DNA from: Alphaproteobacteria bacterium
GTDB taxonomy: Bacteria; Pseudomonadota; Alphaproteobacteria; UBA8366
Reading direction: 5' to 3'
Assembly (NCBI GenBank): GCA_965228425.1
Contig: OZ245815.1
Span: 3,672,095 to 3,736,094 of the forward strand
DNA: 64,000 bases
Shown here one piece after another: positions 55,882 to 64,000 of this stretch (position 1 is the stretch's first letter; each line of letters begins with the position of its first letter). The notes under the pieces were generated by a model that worked only from the letters and a program-made list of their open reading frames with translations, was not told the origin of the DNA and made no database searches. Position numbers and translations under genes: made by a program.

Positions 55882-56682
55882 CTATTTTCCCTTGAACACC
55901 GCCTTGCGCTTCTCGACGAAGGCGGTCACGCCTTCCACGTGATCCTCGGACATCATGCACTCGGCGAGGCTGCGGGTTTCCAGCGCCATCTGCTGCTCGA
56001 TCGTGTTGTTCATGGACGCGTTGAGCAGGGCCTTGGTGTTGCCGAGCGCCTTGGTCGCCGAACTGGCGAGCCGCTTGGCGATCTTCTCGGTCTCCTCGGC
56101 GAGTTTCTCCGGCGGCACGACCCAGTTCACCAGGCCGATCTCCTGCGCCGTGTCGGCGTCGAACAGATCGCTGAGGAACGCGAGTTCAAACGCTTTCTTC
56201 ATCCCCATCATGCGCGGCAGGAAGAAGGACGAGCCGCCGTCCGGGCTGACGCCGATCTTGGAGAAGGCGAAGGTGAACTTGGTGCCCTCCGCCGCGATCG
56301 CCAGATCGCAAGCGCCGACCAGCGACAACCCACCGCCCGCGCAAGCGCCGTGCACACTGGCGAGCACCGGCTTCGGCATCCGCCGCAGCGTCTGGATGCG
56401 GTAGTCGGTGACATGCATCGAGTGCAGCCGCTGCTTGTAGCGTTCCTCCGCTGTCATACTCTGCGTCGCCTCGTACATCGCCTTCACATCGCCGCCCGCG
56501 AGGAAGCTCTTGCCCGCCCCGCGCAGCACCAGGCAGCGCACCGCGTCGTCCTGTTCCAGATCGGCTAGGATGCCGACGAAGGCCTCACGCATCTCCAGGT
56601 CCAGCGCGTTGCGCGCTTCCGGCCGGTTGAAGGTAATCCAAGCGATGTTATCGCTGATGTCGACGAGGATCTTGTCGGTCAT
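55882..56682 (-). CDS. enoyl-CoA hydratase/isomerase family protein
   Basis: IAWITFNRPEARNAL, GAGKSFLAGGDV, HGACAGGGLSL. ATG at 56682; the long 5' extension of the ORF overlaps the DLH gene. Confidence 0.88.
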   Translation of the reverse strand: MTDKILVDISDNIAWITFNRPEARNALDLEMREAFVGILADLEQDDAVRCLVLRGAGKSFLAGGDVKAMYEATQSMTAEERYKQRLHSMHVTDYRIQTLRRMPKPVLASVHGACAGGGLSLVGACDLAIAAEGTKFTFAFSKIGVSPDGGSSFFLPRMMGMKKAFELAFLSDLFDADTAQEIGLVNWVVPPEKLAEETEKIAKRLASSATKALGNTKALLNASMNNTIEQQMALETRSLAECMMSEDHVEGVTAFVEKRKAVFKGK

Positions 56683-56783
56683 GCCGAACCTCACTTTCAA
56701 ATTCGTATCGTTCTCAAAGTTACGGCGGCCACGCCTTGGCTTCACGCGGCCGCCGAACACGATCTTGGGAACCGTCTTAGTCG

Positions 56784-57452
56784 TTATCCGACATACTGCG
56801 CGAACATTTCCATGGTGCGCTTGTGGGACAGCTCCGCGCTTTCCTTGTGATAGGACTCGCGGTCGTCGCACATAAATCCATGCCCGGCAGGATAGACGAA
56901 GGACGCCACATCGGGGTGCTGCGCCTCGACCGCCCGCACCTTCTCCATCGGAATCGACGCATCGGTCTCGCCCCAATGGAATTCGAGCGGGCATTTCGGC
57001 GTCTCGGTCATGAAGTCGGGCACCCGCCCGCCATAGTAGCTCGACGCGCAAGCCAATCCGTCGACCCGGCAGGCGGACAGGAAGGTGACGCTGCCGCCCC
57101 AGCACCAGCCGGTGATGCCGACCTTGCCGGCCTCCGCCAAGAGCGCCCGGGTGGCGTCGATATCCTTCATGACGTCATCGAAATTCGAGGCCTGCATCGC
57201 GCCGATGCCCTTGTCGCGATCCTCGCCGGTGTAGCCGACTTCGATGCCGCGCTCGACCCGGTCGTAGAGCGCCGGGGCAATCGCCAGATAGCCTGCGGCT
57301 GCATAGGTATCGGCCATCTGCCGGATATGCGGGTTGACGCCGAAAGCCTCTTGCACGACCAGGATTCCGCCCTTCGGCGTGCCGTCGGGATCGGCCCGGT
57401 AGGCGGCGAATGTGTGGCCGTCCGACGCCGTGATTTCGATATCGCTTCCCAT
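56784..57452 (-). CDS. dienelactone hydrolase family protein
   Basis: GILVVQEAFGVN.HI, nucleophile GWCWGG, and late HGF. Confidence 0.85.
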   Translation of the reverse strand: MGSDIEITASDGHTFAAYRADPDGTPKGGILVVQEAFGVNPHIRQMADTYAAAGYLAIAPALYDRVERGIEVGYTGEDRDKGIGAMQASNFDDVMKDIDATRALLAEAGKVGITGWCWGGSVTFLSACRVDGLACASSYYGGRVPDFMTETPKCPLEFHWGETDASIPMEKVRAVEAQHPDVASFVYPAGHGFMCDDRESYHKESAELSHKRTMEMFAQYVG

Positions 57453-57576
57453 CTAATACTCCCTCATTCAGTTGTGGCGGCCGGATTGCGCCGCTTGGTG
57501 TTGGTTTAGACTGTACCGCAAACGCCCCATCCCCTGTCCAGCGCCAGGACCCGGAACCTGTATTCCGAAGAGGTCT

Positions 57577-57606
57577 TTGCAGTTTGCCGTCCCAATTTGC
57601 TATATT
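57577..57606 (+). promoter_or_regulatory. candidate sigma70-type promoter for the tandem tauD-like operon
   Basis: -35 TTGCAG (57577-57582), an 18-bp spacer, and an extended -10 TGcTATATT (57598-57606). It is the most AT-rich patch of the 268-bp divergent intergenic region. Confidence 0.4.
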
Positions 57607-57635
57607 GATCCGGACAAATTCGTGAAATCGTGGAC

Positions 57636-57714
57636 GTCGCCTCCCGACCCGCCGAGATCAGGCTCTCCCTGATGCGCGGGCCGCCTTCCTCTAAAGGCGA
57701 CACGGCAAAGAGGA
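57636..57714 (+). promoter_or_regulatory. structured 5' leader (three-tier hairpin plus anti-SD/SD pair) upstream of the first tauD-like gene
   Basis: P1 is GTCGCCT (57636-42) / AGGCGAC (57695-701). P2 is CCCGC (57648-52) / GCGGG (57676-80). P3 is ATCAGG (57657-62) / CCTGAT (57668-73). TCCTCT (57687-92) is complementary to the SD AGAGGA (57709-14). Confidence 0.35.
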
Positions 57715-57720
57715 CACAGC

Positions 57721-58605
57721 ATGTCGGAAGCACGGCAAACGGCCCCCGAAGCCCAACCCTTCGAGAAAATCCAGGTCAATCCCATCGCGGGCGCGATGGG
57801 CGCCGAAATCGGCGGCGTCGACCTGTCCCAGCCCTTGGACGACGCGACCTTCGCCGAGATTCACCGGGCCTGGCTCGAGAATAACGTGATCTTCTTCCGC
57901 GATCAGGATCTGACGCCGCAGCAATACCTGCGCTTCGCCAAGATGTGGGGCGGCATCCATCTGCATCCCTACATGAAAGGAATGGAAGAGTTTCCAGAGA
58001 TCTTCGAAATCATCAAGAAGGAAGGCGACGTTCAGAACTTCGGCAACCGGTGGCATACCGACCAGATGTTCTGTCCGGAACCGGCCAAGGCCACGATGTT
58101 GTATGCCAAGGAGGTTCCCGAAGCCGGCGGTGACACGCAATACAGCAACCTTTATCTCGCCTATGAGAGCCTGTCGGATGGCATGAAGGAAATGCTGTCC
58201 AAGATGCGCACCTACAACATGGGCGACAAGCGGTACGGCGGGCGGTCCCGGACCGAGCGCTATCAGGACGGCAGCAGCATGGGCGACAAGGTCGCACCGC
58301 CGAACAAGGACATCAATTCCGATCACCCGCTGATCCGCACGCATCCCGAGACGGGCCGCAAGGCGCTCTATATCGGATCGCATACCGCAAAATTCGTCGG
58401 CCTGACCGACGAGGAAAGCGCGCCGCTGCTCGAATACCTAATGAACCACGCGCGGCGGCCCGAATTCACCTGCCGCTTCAACTGGAAGCCCGGCTCGATC
58501 GCCTTGTGGGACAACCGCTGCTGCCAGCATTACGCGGTCAACGACTACCACGGTCAGCGGCGGCGGATGCACCGCATCACCATCCAAGGCGACAAACCCT
58601 TCTAG
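57721..58605 (+). CDS. TauD/TfdA-family Fe(II)/2-oxoglutarate dioxygenase (tandem copy 1)
   Basis: GAEIGGVDLSQPL, WHTDQMF (H-x-D), GGDTQYSN, HPLIRTHPETGRKALY, WDNRCCQHYA, RRMHRITI. Confidence 0.9.
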   Translation: MSEARQTAPEAQPFEKIQVNPIAGAMGAEIGGVDLSQPLDDATFAEIHRAWLENNVIFFRDQDLTPQQYLRFAKMWGGIHLHPYMKGMEEFPEIFEIIKKEGDVQNFGNRWHTDQMFCPEPAKATMLYAKEVPEAGGDTQYSNLYLAYESLSDGMKEMLSKMRTYNMGDKRYGGRSRTERYQDGSSMGDKVAPPNKDINSDHPLIRTHPETGRKALYIGSHTAKFVGLTDEESAPLLEYLMNHARRPEFTCRFNWKPGSIALWDNRCCQHYAVNDYHGQRRRMHRITIQGDKPF

Positions 58606-58619
58606 CGGGAGAATTTGCA

Positions 58620-59516
58620 ATGCCGGATAGCGCAGCACTCGAGGCCACGTCTCAGGACTACCGCACGATCGGGGTCGAACGGCTCGCAGGCGCCCTTGGC
58701 GCGGAAATCACGGGCGTCAATCTCGCCGAGCCCTTGAGCGACGAGACCTTCGAGGAACTCCACCGGGCGTTTCTTGAGAACCAGGTAATCTATTTCCGGG
58801 ACCAGGACCTGACGCCCGAGCAATACATCGCCTTCGCGGCGCGCTGGGGCGACATCCATCTGCATCCGTTCAACAAGCCGATGGACGGCTTTCCGGAAAT
58901 CATCGAGATGACCAAGCGCGAGACCGACACCTTCGCGCATGGCGCCCGCTGGCATTCGGACCAGATGTATACCCCGCAGCCTGCCATGGCGACGATGCTA
59001 TACGGCCGTGAAATCCCGACGGCCGGCGGCGACACGATGTTCTCGAACCTGTATCTTGGCTACGAGACCTTGTCGGATGGCATGAAGGAGATGCTCGGCA
59101 CGCTCAAGGCGGTCAACAACGGCGACAGCAAGAAACACCCGACCGGCACGACGCGCGCCGAACGCGCAGCCGCCGGCACCGGCCAAATCCCGCAGAAAGA
59201 CCCGAGCGAGATCAACATCCAGACGATCACAAGCCATCCGATCGTCCGCACCCACCCGGAGACCGGCCGCAAAGCCATTTATGTCGGCACGCACACGGAA
59301 CGCTTCGACGGCATGACAGACGACGAGAGCGATCCGATCATCAAATTCCTGATGGAGCACACGCACCGGCCCGAATTCACCTGCCGCGTGCGCTGGGATG
59401 TCGGCACGCTGGTGTTCTGGGACAACCGCTGTTGCCAGCATTGCGCCATCAACGACTACAACGGCCAACGCCGCCGGGTTCAGAAGATCACGATTTCCGG
59501 CGACACGCCCTTTTAG
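58620..59516 (+). CDS. TauD/TfdA-family Fe(II)/2-oxoglutarate dioxygenase (tandem copy 2)
   Basis: GAEITGVNLAEPL, WHSDQMY, GGDTMFSN, HPIVRTHPETGRKAIY, WDNRCCQHCA. Collinear and highly similar to copy 1. Confidence 0.9.
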   Translation: MPDSAALEATSQDYRTIGVERLAGALGAEITGVNLAEPLSDETFEELHRAFLENQVIYFRDQDLTPEQYIAFAARWGDIHLHPFNKPMDGFPEIIEMTKRETDTFAHGARWHSDQMYTPQPAMATMLYGREIPTAGGDTMFSNLYLGYETLSDGMKEMLGTLKAVNNGDSKKHPTGTTRAERAAAGTGQIPQKDPSEINIQTITSHPIVRTHPETGRKAIYVGTHTERFDGMTDDESDPIIKFLMEHTHRPEFTCRVRWDVGTLVFWDNRCCQHCAINDYNGQRRRVQKITISGDTPF

Positions 59517-59546
59517 GCGGCCGGCCCGATTACCCGGCACCGCCGG

Positions 59547-60218
59547 TCAATCGTCTTTCGGATCGAGAATGTTGTCGACCATGCGCTGGAACGCCGGATC
59601 GTCCGGGTCGACCTTCCAGTTCTGCACGACCGCCTTGGGATGCAGCTTCGCATTGAGACAGGCGAGATGAGCGAACCAGGACTGGTCGAGCCGGTTGATC
59701 GGGTCGTCATCGACGCTTGCGATAGACAGGATCACCGCTTCGTCGCTGCCGATCGTTTCCTGGCAGAAGGGGCATATCGCGTTGATCTCGTCGTTCTTGG
59801 ACTTCTTTTTTGGTGACGCCTTTCCGACGGACCCGTTGAGACGTTCAATCAAATCGGTGACCGAACGGTTCCAGGCCTCGACCTCGTCGGACTCCGCCCA
59901 CAAGTCGACCAACTCGGAATCCATCAGAACGCGGGAAACGCTTTCCTGCGCCAGCATGACCAGCGCAGGCGCCGGTGCGCCAAGTGGATCCAGACGTTTC
60001 GTCAACTCTTCGGGGCAATCGTCGGATGCCCGCCCCATCATCGCCGCGACGATTTCCGCCGCCGCCATGGCTTCCGACGCGACGGTGGCATCGACGCTGG
60101 CCTCCTCGGACTCCGCCGCCGACCGCAGGATGCGATCCAGATCGTCCGGCCCCTGAACTTCGGCGATCAGGTCCATCGCATCGTCATTCTCGAAATGACC
60201 GGTTCCCCAGGCGCCCAT
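59547..60218 (-). CDS. DUF4259-domain protein with a ~95-aa CPFC-containing C-terminal extension
   Basis: MGAWGTGHFENDDAMDLIAEV is the DUF4259 signature start. The extension contains AICPFCQETIG...WFAHLACL. Confidence 0.65.
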   Translation of the reverse strand: MGAWGTGHFENDDAMDLIAEVQGPDDLDRILRSAAESEEASVDATVASEAMAAAEIVAAMMGRASDDCPEELTKRLDPLGAPAPALVMLAQESVSRVLMDSELVDLWAESDEVEAWNRSVTDLIERLNGSVGKASPKKKSKNDEINAICPFCQETIGSDEAVILSIASVDDDPINRLDQSWFAHLACLNAKLHPKAVVQNWKVDPDDPAFQRMVDNILDPKDD

Positions 60219-60313
60219 GGCAGTTCTCCTTCGGACAGGATGGCCGAAATGCGGCCACCGCGGGACTCTCTAGGGTGACGGTGAACAAATCGTTAGCCGC
60301 ACTGCACCCGCAG

Positions 60314-61153
60314 TTAGGTTACCAGCATCTCCAGCAACAGTGCGTTGAACGCGTCGGCCGCCTCGTACTGCATCCAATGGCCCGCACCCTCGAGCACGCG
60401 CAGATCGGCGTCCGGATGATATCGCCGGACGAGGTCGATGCGCTCCTGCACCGAATCACCGGCGAAGGCGTCGCGGGTCGACCAGATACCTTTTACCGGG
60501 GCCTGGATTTGCGGCAAGGCGCGGCCGAGGCCGTCCCAAACGTCCGCTTCCGGCCAAGCGGTCATGCGGAAGCGGACCTGCTTTGTGTTGGTGCGCTGGA
60601 TATGCACCGCGAGGTCGTCGACCGCGTCCGGGTCTGCGATCATCAGGCCCGCCAGGTTGGCCCGGTGAACCTCATACACCTCCTCCGGCGACATGCTGGG
60701 CCGCAGCTTGGCGAGGTCGGGCCGGGGTGCATCCTCGATGCCGAGCCCGCCGGGCGCCACGAGCGTCACCGTCGCGACCTTGTCCGGGCGCTGTGCCCCC
60801 GCTTCGCCGGCGAGCCGGCCGCCGTAGGAGAACCCGACCAGATGTGCCCGTTCTCCCTTCGGTACGATCTGCGCGAGACCGTCGGCGACGACGCGTCCGT
60901 AGTCCGGTGCCGTGCTCGGCACCGGCGGCCGCGCGGACGCCCCGAATCCCGGCGCGTCGGCGGCCAGCACCGTGTAATGCTGCGCCAGCGCCTCGATGTT
61001 GCGGGTCCAGTGCAGCCAGGTGCCGAAATTGCCGTGGAACAACGCGAGCGGCGGCCCGTCGCCCCAGCAATGCCACACCATCTCGCCATCGCCACAAGGC
61101 GTGCCGATCCGCCGCGCCGTCGCCTCGAGGCGCGTTATCGCTTCGAACGGCAC
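60314..61153 (-). CDS. alpha/beta hydrolase
   Basis: PLALFHGNFGTWLHW, nucleophile elbow GFSYGG, and late GAGHWMQYE. Confidence 0.85.
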   Translation of the reverse strand: MPFEAITRLEATARRIGTPCGDGEMVWHCWGDGPPLALFHGNFGTWLHWTRNIEALAQHYTVLAADAPGFGASARPPVPSTAPDYGRVVADGLAQIVPKGERAHLVGFSYGGRLAGEAGAQRPDKVATVTLVAPGGLGIEDAPRPDLAKLRPSMSPEEVYEVHRANLAGLMIADPDAVDDLAVHIQRTNTKQVRFRMTAWPEADVWDGLGRALPQIQAPVKGIWSTRDAFAGDSVQERIDLVRRYHPDADLRVLEGAGHWMQYEAADAFNALLLEMLVT

Positions 61154-61158
61154 GAGGC

Positions 61159-62358
61159 TTAGATCGCGCCCGCGTCGCGCAGCTTGGCGATTTCGTCGGC
61201 GCTCAGCCCCATCTCGCCGAGGATCACGTCGCTATGTTCGCCGGCGTCCGGCGTGGGATAGCGAAGCGTCTGCGGCTGCGGCGTCGCGGTCAGATTGACC
61301 GGCTGGCGTACCACGTCGAGCTTGCCGAGCCGCGGATGTTCGACCTGCTTGACCACGCCCAGATGCTTGACCTGCGGATCCTCGAAGGTCTCGTTGATGC
61401 TGTAGACCGGCCCGCAGGGCACACCGGCGTCGTTCAGCACCTCGATCCAGTGTTCCGCGGGCTGCTGCTTAAGGATCGCACTCACAGCGTCGTTCAAGGC
61501 CGCACGGTTGTCCGACCGGCTTTCTACGCTGCTGAAATTTGGGTCCTCCAGCAACTTCTCCGCATTCGCCACCTTGCAGAAACGTTCGAACATCGTGCCC
61601 GACGCGGCGATGTTGATCAGGCCGGTCGCCGTCTCGAAGCACCCCATCGGCACATTGGTGGGATGGTCGTTGCCCGCCTGCGGCGGGATATCGCCCTTCT
61701 GCAGCCAGCGTGTGGCCTGGAAGTCGAGCATGAAGGTCATCGCCTCCAGCAGCGAGGTATGAACCCATTGCCCCTTGCCGGTCTTTTCCCGGTCGAGCAG
61801 TGCGATCAGGATGCCCTGGGCCAGAAACATGCCGGCGCAAAGATCGGTGATCGGAATGCCGACGCGGACCGGGCCCTGCCCCGGTAGGCCGGTGATCGAC
61901 ATCAAGCCGCCCAAGCCCTGCGCGATCTGATCGACGCCCGGGCGCTTGCCATAGGGACCGTCCTGCCCAAATCCGGCGATGCTGCCGTAAACGATGCGGT
62001 CGTTCACCTTGGCGATTGAGTCATAGTCGATGCCGAGGCGATGCTTTACCTCGGACCGGAAATTCTCGGTGATCACGTCCGCCTTCGCCGCGAGCTTCAT
62101 GAACAGCGCGTGACCGTCGGGGTTCTTGAGGTCGATGGTCAGGCTGCGCTTGTTGCGGTGCAGGTTTTGGAAGTCCGGCCCGTCGCGCTGCCCGGTCAGG
62201 GCGGATCGGTTCTTGCCCGAGGTTGCCGGCGGCTCGACATAGATGACATTCGCGCCCCAGTCGGCGAGCACGCGCGCCGAGGTCGGCCCGGCCCGCGCCT
62301 GTGTGAGATCGAGTACGGTATAGCCTTCCAGCGGCAATCTAGTCTCGGACACGGTCAA
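61159..62358 (-). CDS. CaiB/BaiF family III CoA-transferase
   Basis: PLEGYTVLDLTQARAGPTSARVLADWGANVIYVE...HRNKRSLTIDLK...VITENFR. Confidence 0.9.
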   Translation of the reverse strand: MTVSETRLPLEGYTVLDLTQARAGPTSARVLADWGANVIYVEPPATSGKNRSALTGQRDGPDFQNLHRNKRSLTIDLKNPDGHALFMKLAAKADVITENFRSEVKHRLGIDYDSIAKVNDRIVYGSIAGFGQDGPYGKRPGVDQIAQGLGGLMSITGLPGQGPVRVGIPITDLCAGMFLAQGILIALLDREKTGKGQWVHTSLLEAMTFMLDFQATRWLQKGDIPPQAGNDHPTNVPMGCFETATGLINIAASGTMFERFCKVANAEKLLEDPNFSSVESRSDNRAALNDAVSAILKQQPAEHWIEVLNDAGVPCGPVYSINETFEDPQVKHLGVVKQVEHPRLGKLDVVRQPVNLTATPQPQTLRYPTPDAGEHSDVILGEMGLSADEIAKLRDAGAI

Positions 62359-62552
62359 ATCCTCCGTCGTAATGCTGCCATCCCCACCGCGGCGATGCGG
62401 TTCCCGGCCCGGCGCAGCCGAGCCCGATGGTGTCTAGAGATGCGATCAGGTCGTTTCGGGCCAAGGACCGGCCCTGGCGGACGCGTTCAGCCCAGGCCCG
62501 GAAGATACTCGATTTTCGCCGAAATATCGAATCAGTCCCGGGTTTCCGGCGG

Positions 62553-63620
62553 CTAGGCCACGTCCAACGGCGCGCTCAGCGTGACGCCCGGCATATGCAT
62601 GCCCTGGGGACGGCCGTCGTCGTCGGCCGAGCCGAACCGCTCATAGTAGGACGGCGGCAACGGCCAGCCGTTCGGCAGGTTGAGCCAGAGCCGCAGCAGA
62701 TGCCGGCGCTGATCCGGGTCGGGCCAATCCTCGAAATCGGTGCGTGAGTGGAAGGTGATCAGATTGTTAATCCATTGGATATCGCCGGCCTGGAAATCCA
62801 TATCCAGCCGCAGTGCGTCGCTCTCGGCCAGTTCTTCGAGCAGGTCCATCGCTTCGGCCAGTTCCGGCGTCACGTCGGGCACGCCGTCATGCCGGGGCGC
62901 GGATTCCACGAAGCGCCGGACGAAGGTTACGGTCATGTATCCCGCGTGGTAGCAGAAGACCGGCGCTGCGTAGGTCGGCGCCTTGCCCTCGATATACTCG
63001 CCCCGCCGGTCGCGATGGATCGGCTCGGCCAGCAGCCGCAACAAGTCCGGGCGCTGTTCCAGCATCGCGTTATGCATCGCCATTGCGCTCGTGACGCTGC
63101 TTTGCCCGCCCGCCTTGGCCGGCTGCAGACACATCAGCCCGACCAGATCCGCGCCCAGGTCGGTGTGGAACGGCAGCCGCGCCCGCGACTGGTAGCCGGC
63201 GCGCGCGTTCATCGCATTAAAGTCGCCACCGATATCCTTCACATGCCCCAACAAATGCCCGTCGGGATTTTGCGACACCGCATTGCCGAGATGCGTCCCC
63301 AGCCCCCAATAGGCGATCGCCGATTGCTCCCGCGACCACCGGTCCACCGGCAGCCCGCGCATCAGGTTGATGCCGGACCCATCGACCAAATCGTGCCGTA
63401 TCCGCGCCATCACCGGCCCCAGCGTGGGCAGCGGAAAGTCCGCCTGCCCGATCTCCATGATCCCGAGGCCGCGCGCCTGCACGGCATCGATGGCTGCATC
63501 GATTTCCGCGATCTCGTCGCCGGACAGCACGTGAATCCAGTCGTCCCGCTGCGTCATCTCGGGCCCGGTCCAGACGAAGGGGCCGGATATCGGCTGGTAG
63601 GGGGTGATCGGTCCGGTCAT
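62553..63620 (-). CDS. TauD/TfdA-superfamily dioxygenase (longer, clavaminate-synthase-like branch)
   Basis: LPFHTDLGADLVGLMCL (H-x-D), ITFHSRTDF (distal His), RRHLLRLWL. ATG at 63620. Confidence 0.75.
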   Translation of the reverse strand: MTGPITPYQPISGPFVWTGPEMTQRDDWIHVLSGDEIAEIDAAIDAVQARGLGIMEIGQADFPLPTLGPVMARIRHDLVDGSGINLMRGLPVDRWSREQSAIAYWGLGTHLGNAVSQNPDGHLLGHVKDIGGDFNAMNARAGYQSRARLPFHTDLGADLVGLMCLQPAKAGGQSSVTSAMAMHNAMLEQRPDLLRLLAEPIHRDRRGEYIEGKAPTYAAPVFCYHAGYMTVTFVRRFVESAPRHDGVPDVTPELAEAMDLLEELAESDALRLDMDFQAGDIQWINNLITFHSRTDFEDWPDPDQRRHLLRLWLNLPNGWPLPPSYYERFGSADDDGRPQGMHMPGVTLSAPLDVA

Positions 63621-63762
63621 ACGACCCTCATCCGTGTTTTCGGGACGCGTTACCCGTGCGGCTCGCACGCACGGCAAAGCACGGCACGGCCGGGAAAATT
63701 CCCCGGCACCGGATCAGTGTAGACGTGCATTGCAGGATGTGGCCAGCGGCGACTCTCGCCCG

Positions 63763-64000
63763 CTAGGCGTCGAAGGCGGCCCGCACCGCGAGACTCAGCC
63801 CGCCGACTTTGGCCGACGTCTGTTTCAAGACCGACCGGACCTTATCGACCAGGTCCTGAAGCCCCTTGTCGAGCACTTCCTTCCAGACGCTCTCGGTGGC
63901 CGCGACGCTGCCGACCTTGGCGTATCCGCGGACATTCCGCGTATCGTCGGCGATCGGCCAGTCGCCTTGCAGTGCAACCTTCGACTCGAACTCCAGGCTG
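63763..64000 (-). CDS. 3' end of an unidentified protein-coding gene (continues beyond the window)
   Basis: My own translation gives ...SLEFESKVALQGDWPIADDTRNVRGYAKVGSVAATESVWKEVLDKGLQDLVDKVRSVLKQTSAKVGGLSLAVRAAFDA, then TAG (63765-63763). GC3 is high throughout. No family recognised. Confidence 0.45.
   Translation of the reverse strand, partial: SLEFESKVALQGDWPIADDTRNVRGYAKVGSVAATESVWKEVLDKGLQDLVDKVRSVLKQTSAKVGGLSLAVRAAFDA

Noticed and set aside
55882-57105. A 407-aa version of the crotonase ORF. Similar long N-terminal extensions appear on ORFs 22398..23495, 27103..28170, 20966..21991, 19256..20425 and 44424..45863.
   Set aside because: The extensions overlap well-supported neighbouring genes and are Arg/Pro-rich. 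Conserved family N-termini begin at internal ATG/GTG codons, several of them with SD sequences or stop-start coupling.
62509-62530. An AT-rich imperfect palindrome, TCGAtTTTCGcCGAAAtaTCGA, between the TauD-like gene and the CoA-transferase gene, as an operator.
   Set aside because: It lies 23 nt after the upstream stop codon and could equally be a weak terminator or attenuator hairpin. No regulator is available to assign to it, and there are mismatches in the outer arms.
1-64000. tRNA, rRNA, tmRNA, CRISPR arrays, IS elements, integrases, prophage or defence-system genes.
   Set aside because: I searched intergenic regions by eye for T-loop-like GGTTCGAATCC motifs, direct-repeat arrays and transposase- or integrase-like ORFs and found none. 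A covariance-model or HMM scan would be needed to exclude small RNAs definitively.

Overview
High-GC, strongly GC3-biased, densely coding chromosomal window. Gene content and order look alphaproteobacterial: a motB pair, parC, the rpoZ-spoT-pdxJ-acpS and lepB-rnc-era-recO blocks, smpB, dapA and slt. I count about 65 protein genes. Reading by eye, I found no rRNA, tRNA, CRISPR array, IS element or integrase.

Main blocks:
(1) 8.4-12.2 kb: a ProXWV-type betaine ABC importer followed by a DddL-like cupin.
(2) 17.1-20.9 kb: a heavy-metal islet with two MerR-family regulators, a MerF homolog, a GDCCVxC Cys-rich protein, a CDF transporter with no C-terminal domain, and an RcnA-like/DUF1007 pair.
(3) 24.9-35.0 kb: about 10 kb of accessory-looking genes between lepB and acpS. 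They are CapA, TauD, an isocitrate-lyase-family enzyme, a standalone A-T-TE NRPS-like synthetase, cytochrome c, PPK2, a D-aminoacylase and mtgA.
(4) 45.9-48.2 kb: a bactofilin plus coiled-coil M23 peptidase module.
(5) 52-64 kb: a regulator-less catabolic island of CaiB-type CoA-transferases, crotonases, alpha/beta hydrolases and three more TauD/TfdA dioxygenases.

Most notable sequence-level observations:
- The first MerR regulator ends at an in-frame TAA placed directly in front of a still-intact CueR-type C-x7-C-P-V-I-E-x-L metal-binding loop.
- Its target operon is mer-like but has no merA or merP. It pairs a MerF homolog that lacks the second Cys pair with a translationally coupled GDCCVxC protein.
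- A perfect FNR/FixK box sits at class-II distance from a -10 element upstream of ppk2, and a second FixK-type box lies upstream of the cytochrome c gene.
- The only perfect CtrA box in the window (TTAA-N7-TTAAC) lies in the unusually long low-GC gap upstream of the M23-bactofilin operon.
- A TPR-fused GAMT/RMT2-like methyltransferase is divergent from bpt.

All functional calls come from motif recognition by eye, not database searches. Most start codons are uncertain by a few codons.
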